A DNA stretch of 64,000 nucleotides from Rhizodiscina lignyota (Eukaryota): the NCBI GenBank assembly GCA_010015805.1, contig ML978128.1:1240001-1304000 (forward strand), in the 5' to 3' direction. Position 1 is the first letter of the stretch. Every line of letters begins with the position of its first letter. Below, one piece after another: positions 1 to 10,868 of this stretch. Both the position numbers and the translations under genes were made by a program. The notes beneath the pieces are model-generated. The model worked only from the letters and a program-made list of their open reading frames with translations. It was not told the DNA's origin and did no database searches.

Positions 1-231
1 TGTCATCCAGGAACGAGATTCCAGTGTCTAGTCTTACAAGTTGGAAGATATTTTTCTTCTACCTGAACTATACTAGAATTAAGGGTGCAACCACAACAGA
101 AGCCACTTTGATAGCTCTTGCCCAAGTTCGAACTGCATTGTCGACATTATAAGCTAGCGCATCAACGGCGGCCCCGCGTATTTGTTGCTGGGGTGCAGCT
201 AGACAAATCTTCACTCCAACAACAACGCGTT

Positions 232-2274
232 ATGAGAACCGTTGTTGCTCGACATTCAGCCTTTTCTTCAAGCAAGCTTCGAAATGGCCTCTCACACTCC
301 TATGGAGTCTTCTCAATCCCCTACGGAATCTTCTCGCGCTTCTATGGAGCCTTCTCCAAGCCCTCCACTCGTGGTATCGCTCAACCGGCACTTCGCGCTC
401 GGTTTTGCTCGAGTGAACGACTCCGCCTGGTGAAGTCGCATATTCGAGATGTCCAAAGGAAAGATCTTACCACACTTCGCAGTTTATCGACACCGGATCA
501 CAAGAATGAGACCATCTACGCGTTGGCCACTGCCCCAGGCACTTCGGCTATTGCAGTAGTGCGCGTATCTGGTCCTGCATGCAAGAATGTGGGTTGAGAA
601 CGCATCAAGGGTACCACTTATAGACTATCAACTAACGTATTGCACAGATATACTATCTGCTCTCCCTGCGACACACCCTTCCAAGCCCTCGGCTAGCTGT
701 CCTCCGCACGCTCTACGATCCAGCAGATGATGGCATCCTCGACCCGGGTGCATTAGTTCTCTACTTCCCAGCGCCCCACTCATTCACCGGAGAAGATGTG
801 CTCGAGCTGCACATTCATGGCGGTCCAGCAACGATCACAGCGGTGTTAGCAGCCGTACCACAGTGCGCTGCACACTTTGAATGTCCCGAATGCAAAGAAG
901 TCGGGGCCGGTCATGCAATCCGCTACGCTGAACCCGGGGAATTCACCCGTCTTGCTTTCCTCAACAAGCGTCTCTCCCTACCGCAGATCGAAGCTCTGTC
1001 AGCGACTCTCTCTGCGCAAACAGAACAACAGCGGCGCGTGGCAGCGCGAGGCTCGCGCTCGGCACTGTCAGATACGTACGAGGCATGGCGCATGAAACTT
1101 CTTCTGGCGCGCGGCGAGCTCGAAGCGATCATTGACTTTCATGAATCAGAAGACTTTGACGAAACGCCCGAACAGTTGGCGAAGAACGTTGCGCAAATGG
1201 CGCGTGGGTTGTTGGAGGAGATCAAGCTACACAGAGCGAATGCTGTCAGGGGTGAGCTGCTGCGCAGCGGCATTAGCGTCGCGTTTCTAGGAGCGCCGAA
1301 CGCGGGGAAGAGCAGTCTGCTCAACAGGGTTGTGGGCAGAGAAGCCGCAATCGTGAGCCGCGAGGCTGGCACCACGAGGGATATTGTGGACGTAAACGTG
1401 GATTTGGCTGGATGGTACGTTAAATTTGGGGACATGGCGGGACTGCGCGGCAGCAACAGTTCAGGCCACGCGACCTCTGAGAAGGATGAAGTGGGCGAGG
1501 TCGAACAGGAAGGCATCAGGCGCGCGAAGGAGCGGGCGCTGCAATCGGACGTTGTCGTCGTGATCCTCGCCGTCGAACTGGACCCCGAGAACGGCCAGCC
1601 TGTCTTACGCATCGATCCCGAAGTCGTCGCAACGGCGCACGAATGCGCGACGCAGGGCCGCGCAGTCCTCGTTGCCATTAACAAGACCGATAAGCTCGAT
1701 TCGGCCGAAGACGATAATTTTGGCCCCAAAATTATCGCAGCGTGGCGGAAGGAGGTTCAGGCTTCCCTGGGCGTCGAAGAGGGCAGGATCTTCGCTATAT
1801 CCTGCAGGTCCGAGGCAGAGCCGCAAACTAGCCCCCAAAACCAGCCCGGCGGTACAACCACACCAGACCCCGGCCACATCCAAGCCTTCCTGCACGGCCT
1901 GACGTCGACGTTTTCGTCGCTCACTCAGCCCCTGGTCCCCAATCGGGACCCTGCCAATGAAACATATCTCTCCGATATGTCGATTTGGCAGGACTCCTTG
2001 GGGGCCTCGGAGCGCCAGCGAGTGCTGCTGGAGGAGTGTATGGGCCATCTGGAGGTATTTCTGGCCCATACACTCCAACAGCAGAGCTTCGACGTCGTCG
2101 TGGCTGCGGAGAGTCTCCGGGCCGCGGCAGACTGCCTGGCCCGGGTCACCGGGCGTGGGGAAGGCGGAGATGTGGAGGAGGTTCTCGGTGTGGTGTTTGA
2201 GAAGTAAGCCGGCCCGAAGTATTACGGAAACATGAAACTGACACTAGAAGCACAGGTTCTGCGTAGGGAAGTGA
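232..2274 (+). CDS. MSS1: Mitochondrial tRNA modification GTPase (MnmE/TrmE/GTPBP3 family), 3 exons
   Basis: TIYALAT N-terminal motif, SFTGEDVLELHIHGG, GAPNAGKS P-loop, GTTRD, DMAG, NKTD. Introns 589-647 and about 2204-2255 restore the C-terminal FCVGK*. Confidence 0.95.
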
Positions 2275-3089
2275 GGGGACGGGACTGGCGGTGCGGCGGG
2301 GGGCTCTCTTTGCTCTCCGAGCACTAAGTACATACAAATGGAAAGCTCTAACTCCACTCTTCAATTGCCAGTAGAGATCCCAGATTGAATCAACGTGTTG
2401 CTCGAGTAACAAGCTGTGACCGTGCCGTCATGGAATACACAAAGCCTGTTGCCGGCTACAACACCATAAGGAAGGCAACAGAAGAATGCTCTGCCGAAGT
2501 TGGAACAATACCGACGAACAGGTATAACTCTGTAAAACTCTTCGGCGGCAGCCTCAACACATAGGATCTGGCAGATATTGAGTAATATCTCGTGCGTCAC
2601 TAACACGTTTGCAGCATAGATTTGAAGGATTGTGCATCAAGACCTGAACTCCGCTCTATTTTTCCGATCTATTGCCCGAGTACCATAGCAGGTACCATAC
2701 CAACATTCCTCGTGAGACAAGAAAGAAGAATTGGAAAGGGGGGTAGACAGAAAGAAAGACATTTGAAGAAGGATTACAATAAGTATAAAAAAGGCCCAAG
2801 CCCAGCCGGCAGAAAGAAGGAAACACCAGACGACCCGCTATGCCGAAAGAAAAGACGAAAATGAGGAAGACGAATCGAAGACGCTGAACGCAGCAACAGA
2901 AGAAGCAAACTGCAGAATCCACCGCCAACGCTCCAGGCGCCGATGCATCACGAGTCCTTCACCTCCCTCCTCCTCCTCCTCCCAGCAACCCGAGGGCGCC
3001 CGGTCCAGCCAGTGCGGAGTGTGCCATGATGAAATATGTACGCCGTAAATCCCGCCAGCCATATGTACAAATCCCACCCGTGCGCCGAC

Positions 3090-3116
3090 TTAGTTGTAGC
3101 CGCCGCGTCCAGACAT
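3090..3116 (-). CDS. Small ORF 3, predicted micropeptide MSGRGGYN
   Basis: ATG TCT GGA CGC GGC GGC TAC AAC TAA; third AUG of the putative transcript; same peptide core as sORF1 and sORF2 with synonymous differences. Confidence 0.7.
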   Translation of the reverse strand: MSGRGGYN

Positions 3117-3190
3117 CGGTGTCGCTGAAATCAGAAATGAAATTGGTGAAGTGAAGATGAAAAGGTAGATGTGTCGGAGAGGCGCAGCGT

Positions 3191-3214
3191 CTAGTTGTAT
3201 CCGCCGCGACCCAT
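3191..3214 (-). CDS. Small ORF 2, predicted micropeptide MGRGGYN
   Basis: ATG GGT CGC GGC GGA TAC AAC TAG in a strong start context (ATCACC-ATG-G). Confidence 0.75.
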   Translation of the reverse strand: MGRGGYN

Positions 3215-3403
3215 GGTGATGATGATGAAGACGTGGAAGATTATTTTTGAAATTGTGCGATTTGAAATGTTTGTTGGAGATGAGGCACAGCCGAAACCGA
3301 GGAACGTGCGTGTGTCTGTGTGGTGTTGTTGTATGTGGTGATGATCAGATGATGTGAGAGTAGATGAGATGTGTTGATGTATCCGTGCAAGCGACGACGC
3401 GTA

Positions 3404-3427
3404 TTAGTTATATCCGCCGCGACCCAT
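3404..3427 (-). CDS. Small ORF 1, predicted micropeptide MGRGGYN
   Basis: ATG GGT CGC GGC GGA TAT AAC TAA in a typical fungal start context (TTCAAA-ATG-G); first AUG downstream of the TATA box. Confidence 0.75.
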   Translation of the reverse strand: MGRGGYN

Positions 3428-3678
3428 TTTGAAGAAAGGTTGAATATAGAAAATTCGGAATTGAGAGTGTCGAGGTGATTTGTGACAAAAGAAATACGAA
3501 AAGTTGGTGCCTGAAGGAGGTCGAGGACGAAGGAAACCGGTGTATGAAGTGACTCTTTGAGAGGGTTTGCGAGGTGCAGGAAGGTGTGGATGGAGAGATG
3601 TGATTTGACTGTAGGAGAAGGGGATTGCTGTTGACTGAAATCGAAAATCGTTTGACGTTACTTGTATTGGGTCGGGGG

Positions 3679-3731
3679 CTGAGTGTCGAGGACGTGACTC
3701 TTTCTCCGTTAACGAACGAGACGCTGCGTAC
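3679..3731 (-). other. Putative 53-nt intron in the leader of the sORF transcript
   Basis: Minus-strand GTACGC donor, CGTTAAC branch-like site and CTCAG acceptor; size typical of introns in this window. Confidence 0.5.
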
Positions 3732-3964
3732 GCTCTGCAGGAATTAAGGCGCTGTCGAAGAGTGGAAAATTAGAAAAGAGGATTGAGAGTGCCAGAAAGG
3801 ACTGCCTGCGAAGGAAAGCTGTAACGAGCGGCTTGCTAGGAAAAGAAGAGAAGAGAAAACGGAGAGAACGAAGGAAACGGTTGCTGCCTGTGAGGCCGGT
3901 CGAGTGCTTTGCTGTCTGGAATTTGATGATGCTAGAACCCTGGAGAGCCGTGCGAGAGGCTCTA

Positions 3965-3970
3965 CTTATA
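3965..3970 (-). promoter_or_regulatory. Putative TATA box of the sORF transcript
   Basis: Minus-strand TATAAG followed by a CT-rich tract (about 3770-3880) typical of fungal core promoters and 5' UTRs. Confidence 0.5.
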
Positions 3971-6365
3971 TCAACAGCCCTGTGATCGCCGTGGTCAGGG
4001 CAGCAGATGCACCATTGCTGATGCCTCTCAGAACTCAAAAATAAGACAGGTGTAGTACTTCCCGGACGGGAAAGCCGCGCCACTACTGCATCGGACGTCG
4101 CAGCGCTCGAAATGGATCAGGGCCACGAGCTGCGCGTGGGGCAGCGAGCACTGAGTCGAAGACAGGCCGCATAGCCACGGGCCTTGTGCCGTCGGCCAGT
4201 GTGGGAGAGCCAAGAGGGTGTGCGATGAGTGATGATGGAGATGACAAAGGGCTGCAGGAGTAACGGTCGAGGCCTCCACTTCAGGTCTAAATGCGTGCCA
4301 TGCCCGCTCCGGCGACGGTATTGGCCAGCTCAAGGTCAGCGCGGAAAGCAAGCGAACGAAAGCCGCTGAACAGCTCTCTCCACCGCCAGCATTCGTTTAC
4401 CGCTCGTGCGCCACAGATCACACCTCGACGTTGGCTTGCTGCCCGCCATTCTGCGGCGCATGCGTGCCACGCCTTTTACCGCTCGAATGTGGCTTGAAAA
4501 TTGACCGCCCGCTGGCATCTGTAACAGGTTGATAATGATGCGGAGAGAGTCGAGTCGTCTGGATCGGGACAGTCGTCCGATGTATCTGGTCGCTAGCCCT
4601 ACGGCCTGCATTGGCGCTGAGATGGGCAGCGATCGTCATCTGGTTAGTAAGGCGTGCAGCACTGCGCACCGAAGAGGCAATCTGTGTGATTTCGAAGCAG
4701 CCTTCTGGAATTCCCGCGACTTCGCTTTCGCCATCCGTCCACTATATTCAACCCGTTACTCCAACATCGCCTGCCCCAAACGGCCGTTCTGCGAAGTCCG
4801 GCTGCAACCGTCGATCCGTTGGTAGGGCTGTTCCACCCTATGTTCCTGAAATAGCCCCCACTCCACTGCCTCGTCATCAGCACTGTGAAGCTCCTCTGTC
4901 ACGATGTAGCGAGCGCAAGGCATCGTGATTCGTATTATCGCCTGCTGGGGTTCTCCGCCTGCCGAGCACTGATGCCTATACATGACCCGGGCCGAAGATT
5001 GGTCTGTTGTCTGGCGTGGGGGATGGCAAGGCATTCTACGAAACGTCGTGCTGTTGCGCAACTAGGAGCAAGCTTCCGGCGCCTTGTCACATTATCGACA
5101 TCATCGCCCAGTTACGCGATCTGCCTCGAGAATGTTGTGTAAGCTCCGGAATCAGTTGCATTCTCACAGAACCAGGAGCGCGGTGTTCTTCGCATGCTGT
5201 GTCGGTCACGGAGCCGTGGTCGAAATGCGGGAGGTCGTACTCGCCAAAAGTTGAAAGGCAGTTCCTGCATCCATACGGTTTTCCTAGTGCGCGCGACATC
5301 GCCAAGATTGGCATTCTCAACGAAGCAGATGTCGAAATTCATTGTGGGCGGGCCGTGCTTATCCAGCTCGACCCAGTGCAGCGGCTTGGGGACGTTAGCG
5401 GCATGTAAATTTAGTTGGTGGCGCCGTAAGGCAGGCCAATAGGCTCTCGTGTGGAGTTTTGCACACCTCCACTGCCGACTGACCGATTCAAACGTGAACG
5501 CCAGGGCTGTGCCGTCCCGCATAACCACACGGAGAATGTGCGGTAGTGGCTGGAGAGAAGGTGGATGGTCGAGATACCGCTCTGCCCTAAGAAGCGGCTG
5601 AACCCCTTCTGCACGTTATAGGCCGCTCCTGTGGCTTCTGTCGCGCGAAAGCTTGTGTCCAACGAACGTGTTCAGCTCCGAAGCATAGGGAGACTTTGGG
5701 TATTCTGACACACCAATGAGTACACGCCTTGTACGCCTGTATCGGAGAATTGCCGGGCTTGGATATGGCGCAGTTTCGACGTTGCAGCCAAGTCACTGAA
5801 GTTGCAGAGGGATTCTGGTAGGACAGGCATGTGAAGGAATCCCTGAGATAAGGCACCGGTACTCATCGATCTCCCTGAGCCTTGCTTGTGCGATCGATCT
5901 CGAAGAGGCCATGCTGTTCATCTGGAATGCGCGAAATCCATCACGATCCTTCTCCCACGCCGCTGCATCATATCGGCTTGCCTAACCATTCGTGTGTTCG
6001 GAGACGACGTTTGACTCGTTGGACGGAGGCCCTTTCGGTGACTCCGAATCGCAAAGTAAGGGCCGTACATCCTCCCCGCATCTCGAGCCCATGATTCATG
6101 AAGTCAAAGTTAAGCTCGTAAATACGTGTAGTATAGATGAGGGGTTTACTCAAGGGTTCCATGCACGGTGTCTCCTGAGACGGGGTTGGAAAAGGAAGCA
6201 CCAACTCCTCCATCATACTCTTATCTCATTATTCATCAATTTCTCAAGCAATGGTATTGTCATAGTAATTCAGACATGATAGCAATTCTGCAACTTCTCC
6301 ACGTGTAGCTCGTATGTTCTCTCAACGGTGGCCCCACGCCATCGTACTGCGTCCATCGCGCTCTA

Positions 6366-7688
6366 TCAGAGGGAGTATGAGCTGATGTAGTACTGCAAGC
6401 CGTCAGCATCGAGATAGTAGCCGCGGAACAGTTGTTCAGCTCACTGTGAGGACAGAAGGGTCATCGCTATCTTCGTTGTTGCTCAGGAAGACGTAAAGTA
6501 TTAGGGCGTGATCGTCACAGAAACCTGCGCGGCATGTTAGCACAAGGGAACACCGTTACGGCAGCAGCGAGATTACAAGCAATGACTCTTCCACTGAGCC
6601 TTCCCACTGACATGACTTTGCCCCAATCTCGCCCGTCGATTCTAACAGTTGCCCACCCCTCTTCGCTCTTCCCGTCTGCACTTCCTAGCTCTCTCATTCT
6701 TGTGCTGGCATGATGACGGATGCCCTCCTCGCCTCCTTCCACTTGAGCTGGATCGAGATCTGGATTCTGAAGGCCCGTCCAGAGCGTTGAGATATTCATT
6801 GCATCTGTTCTGATACTCAGTCTCAGACAGCCGTGCATGTTCGCCGAAAGCTCCAAACGAGGAGTAGAGTTTGAGTTCCCAGACGTGCCCGACTTCGAAG
6901 CGAGTGCTAATTTCGTGAATCGGTCCGAGATGCTCTTCAACTGGATCAGAGGTGGCAGTTGGATATGCACATCTGGCTCACGACACCTCGGCTCGTGAAT
7001 GCCGTCCACGTTACTTTGGCTGAGGACACGGACGGGGATATCTTGGGTCACAATCGTCTCCCGCTCACGAGAGCTGCTGTTGAAGTCGACACTCGATGCT
7101 CGATCATCCATCGCATCTGGATCTTGTCGAGCGGAAGATGCGCCGAAGGCATCAACCCCAGTTCGATAGGAAACTGTGTTGATTGTGAGGCACAGTACAG
7201 GCAGGCTATCTTTCTTGGTGAGCCTGATGTTGGCCGATGTAGCATTCAGGGCGGATTTGAGAGCGCGCTGGAGCTGTACAACGGGTACTTCGAGGTTGAT
7301 GACATCGTTGTTGGCCGACTGAATCGTATATTGCTCGAAGATAGTGTCCTTCGACGGTCAGCTTTGCATGCGCGATGGAACTATCAAAGCGAAGATTCAA
7401 CTTACTTTCGCCAGCACGCTATATCACGACCACACGGTCAGTAGTGGGAAACTATATAGATATAGACATCACTTACGCCCAAACCTGAGTTCCTTGTTCA
7501 GGTATTATCGTGAAGCGGATTTCATTTTCGTCTAGCCGAACCCACGCCACTGCTCCCAAGGACGCTATGGAGGCAGTAAATTCTAGTCCAAGCGCATTAG
7601 CGATCTGATCTAGCTCTAAAATTTTCAAATCTTTACTACACTTACTGTTAAACGTGTTGATGTTCTGTATGGAGGCCTTGAACCGCAT
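6366..7688 (-). CDS. HUS1: 9-1-1 checkpoint clamp subunit Hus1/Mec3, multi-exon with a 13-nt micro-exon (7406-7418)
   Basis: MRFKASI start, FTIIPEQGTQVWA, ITQDIPVRVL, EPDVHIQLPPL, LELSANMHG, C-terminal LTYYISSYSL*. Confidence 0.9.
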
Positions 7689-8306
7689 CGCGACGCGTTG
7701 GACGCGCGATCATACGCGACAGTCGTGGTATCGGAACGTTGAGTAGTTTGCCTTATACATCCCCGGTCATAAAATATTTCTATTTTGAAGCTTAGGGAGA
7801 CAAGACGGAGAAGAGCGGAAGGTGTTGCGTGATGTATTGTCGAGAGAATGTTAAGCTGTGGCGGGTGAGGTTATGTATGGGACGACTTTGGAGGGACCGC
7901 GCTATGCACTACGGTCAAAGTTTACCGACCACGCTTCATAGCAAAAGTATTGCAAGCCAGAGTTTTATTACGCTAGCAGTCTCAAGTTCATTAATTGCTA
8001 TACGACAGCTTGCGAACAATTCACTGTTCTTCGAAATCTGAGTCATTAAGGTGAGAGCCATCATATGGTCGAATTATAGAAATACTGAGTGTTCAACACC
8101 AGTTCAAAGAGAAATCAACACTCTTCAAATAGCACGGGATTATCAGGGCAGCTGTGTTTATGTTCCTTGTAGAGTGTACGAGAGTTAGTCAGGCCAGATG
8201 AATTGCATTAAGTCTGAATTAATGCTATGTGTTCCTCCGATCCGATCCAACATTTGTTCCACCATCAATTATCCATTGCTTGTTTCCTCCTCGTCGCCGC
8301 CTGCCT

Positions 8307-8938
8307 CTACCGGCCATCCTCCCGTCCACCGTCCCCAGCCCCAGGCACATCCACGCTCGAGTCATCAGAGAGCACCGTCCACGGATCACCCTCCCTGCTG
8401 TCCACCAAGGTCAACTCATCACCCATGGCAGCATCCCACTGCACCGGTGGAGTAGCTGGGGGAACCACACGCGGCGCAGGCATGCCATTCTCCTGTCGAG
8501 CGAGTGCGATCGCTTCGAGTTGGCGGTGGAATGGCTCGTCGCCACGGATATCGCCAAGTCCATCTGGTAACACTGGAGCCGGCAGAGGGTGTGTTCGTGG
8601 CCGGTTTGGCGTGTTCTGGAGTATAGGTCCAGGTGTTGGGCCAGGTGTTTGCCTTGGTGTTGTGCGTGGTGTGATGTCGCTGCGCGGAACGAACACTGGT
8701 GCATCAGCTCGTAGGCGAGAGTCTCGCGCCCCTTGCGGCGGATTTTGGTGGCGGTGGCCGAGCTGCGGGTCTGGCTGTTGCTGCTGTACAGAGTGCCGGG
8801 CCGGGGCTATTGAGAGTATAATATCATATATTCATGAGAGGATTGTTGTTATTTTGACCGACCGTTCGATGTTTGTTCCTGGTGTGCACCAGAATCTCTC
8901 TGGCCGTGACCAGCGCGGCTTGGAGCAGAGTTGTCCAT
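8307..8938 (-). CDS. Small disordered hypothetical protein with a PAM2-like motif, probably 2 exons
   Basis: MDNSAPS... joins the 8307-8790 frame through an intron (GTCGGT...CAATAG); Pro/Gln/Thr-rich with TP repeats and SRLRADAPVFVP. Confidence 0.55.
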
Positions 8939-9260
8939 TGTTAATGAGATGTAGGAAGAAGAAGGAAGCAAGAGCTTGGAAATATTGACTACTAATATAC
9001 TAAATGGTCGTGTTAGCAATTGGAGTAGCATGAGTCAGAACAAACAATAATAAGTGGAGAATAAGTGTTGATATAGCCGTGAATGTGCGTGCTTTGACCC
9101 AAACGCGAGCTGAGAGTATCGTACCATACATGAAATCATTACTCTAACACCGCGGTAAACCAGTCTAGGCGTTAACCGCGTTTTCTGTTACTGTTGATTG
9201 ATCGTGGATTCTGCTTGTCCTCCTGGCAAATAATGCAAGAGGATGGACTATGTTGAGCCC

Positions 9261-10490
9261 TCACAGTTTCCATATCTTCCAGCCTCTGGAGACAACATTG
9301 AAGTTGGCAAAATAGCCACCAAGCGGCCCCTGAACTTCCCGTCCACCAATCCAGGCCTTCTTACCCGCCCAAAGATCAATAAAGCCATCTGGGCCTGAAA
9401 TTAGAATGAGTTTTGTGCCAGACTGTTGGCCGAAGTCCTCTTCTTCCTCTGCAACCCGTCTCATTTGTCTCGCAACGTCCTTCGGCTTGACGAACTTGTG
9501 GTCCTCGTCCGCAAAATACTCAGTCGTTAACCCTCCAGGTCGATCGTCCGTGCCTTGCGGTGTGCGTCTGAATTGCTTCTTCAATGCCTCAAGCTCCTTG
9601 ACAACAACGCTCTTCTCCACTTCCGCAGATTTTACTGTGCCCCGCGCAGGAGTGTGTGACGGCTTCTCGTTCTGGCCGAACCCAAACGCATTCCAGCGAC
9701 TGATCTTTGACCAGGGATCCCAGTCTGAGAGCTTCCGTCTAGTGTCCGACTTCAACGGCGGCCCTGTTGGCACATCGTTCTCCCCGCCTTGAATTTCGTC
9801 CTTCCTGCGCGTATTCCAGAGTATATGTATCCTTGTGCCAGGCCGACGAGCCAATATGTGTGCTACTTGCATCGCCGGCGCAATGCCTGTTCCACCAGCA
9901 ATGAATATGACCTCGCGAACGTCAGGTGGAAGCTCGAACTCTGGGAAGGGCCCGCGAAGAGCAACAGTTGAGGATAGAGGGAGGGAATGGAGATAATTGG
10001 AGACTTCGCCATTCTTTTCGGCGCGAATCAAAAATCGAAGGTCTCCGGGCTGTTGATTCTGCGATTCTGGTGCATGATTCTGTGCGCCGTTGGAGGAGGT
10101 AACGTTCGAGTCGCCTTCCTGTTCAACTGGAGCAGGAGGTAATGGTGTATACGACCGTGCTATCTGTAACTGAGGTTGCTTTGCTTGTACACTCCATACT
10201 CCTCGTTGCCAAATCTCTTGTAAGCTTTGGTCACTCTCTTTCTGTCTTTGTATAGCTCCGCCATGGTCAACGTCTGGACACCGTAGAGTAAAGATGCTAC
10301 TCGTAGAGGATACTGGTTGCTTCGATACGATCGTGTAAGGAGTGAAAGTTTGAGGGTTGAGGGCGTCTCCGTCTTCTAGGTCGCCTTTGGTTTGGAAATG
10401 TCGATATGTTGCACCTCCGATGACGCCGCCAGCGAGACAAATTATCAAGCCACGCGTTGGCCGAATGGACGCGAAGCGAGCTCGTGTCAT
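9261..10490 (-). CDS. CYC2: Mitochondrial FAD/NAD-binding oxidoreductase, cytochrome b5 reductase/FNR family (Cyc2-like)
   Basis: QIARSYTP flavin-binding motif, GEVSNYLH, FIAGGTGIAP, ISGPDGF; presequence-like N-terminus plus hydrophobic segment. Confidence 0.75.
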   Translation of the reverse strand: MTRARFASIRPTRGLIICLAGGVIGGATYRHFQTKGDLEDGDALNPQTFTPYTIVSKQPVSSTSSIFTLRCPDVDHGGAIQRQKESDQSLQEIWQRGVWSVQAKQPQLQIARSYTPLPPAPVEQEGDSNVTSSNGAQNHAPESQNQQPGDLRFLIRAEKNGEVSNYLHSLPLSSTVALRGPFPEFELPPDVREVIFIAGGTGIAPAMQVAHILARRPGTRIHILWNTRRKDEIQGGENDVPTGPPLKSDTRRKLSDWDPWSKISRWNAFGFGQNEKPSHTPARGTVKSAEVEKSVVVKELEALKKQFRRTPQGTDDRPGGLTTEYFADEDHKFVKPKDVARQMRRVAEEEEDFGQQSGTKLILISGPDGFIDLWAGKKAWIGGREVQGPLGGYFANFNVVSRGWKIWKL

Positions 10491-10868
10491 TCGAGGTCAA
10501 GAGAATTGTGGAATGGTCCCGCTGCCTAATTGACCTCAGAGATGTGACAAGAGGAGCTCAACAGGAACAAGTTGTGATCTGTGTAATTTGATGTGGTAGG
10601 GTAGGTCGAAGGCCATGCAAAACTTGGCTTCCGTGGGGCCGCCCCTGGACCCGGGAGGATCACCCAAGCTCGGTGTCTATCCTACCTAGGTTTAGCTACA
10701 AAGCTCCCAGAACCTGGGTGCTCCCCTCCCTGGGAGGTTGAGGAAAGAGGACGCTGATAGATATCGGGGCTAAAACTCTATTTCGACTTCACAAGTTAGT
10801 ACAGGGATGTCATTTCAAATGTCCTGACCGTTAAGATCTACAGAGTAATTCGTCCTCTAAACTATACG

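Noticed and set aside
2838..3062. 74-codon ORF (MAGGIYGV...) downstream of the micro-ORFs as a main ORF controlled by uORFs
   Set aside because: Poor start context, runs through a GAG microsatellite and U-rich UTR-like sequence, and has no recognisable domain. Not excluded without conservation data.
3090..3427. The three repeats read as a CRISPR array or transcription-factor sites
   Set aside because: The DNA is eukaryotic, spacers are irregular (74 and 189 nt), and variation is restricted to synonymous codon positions.
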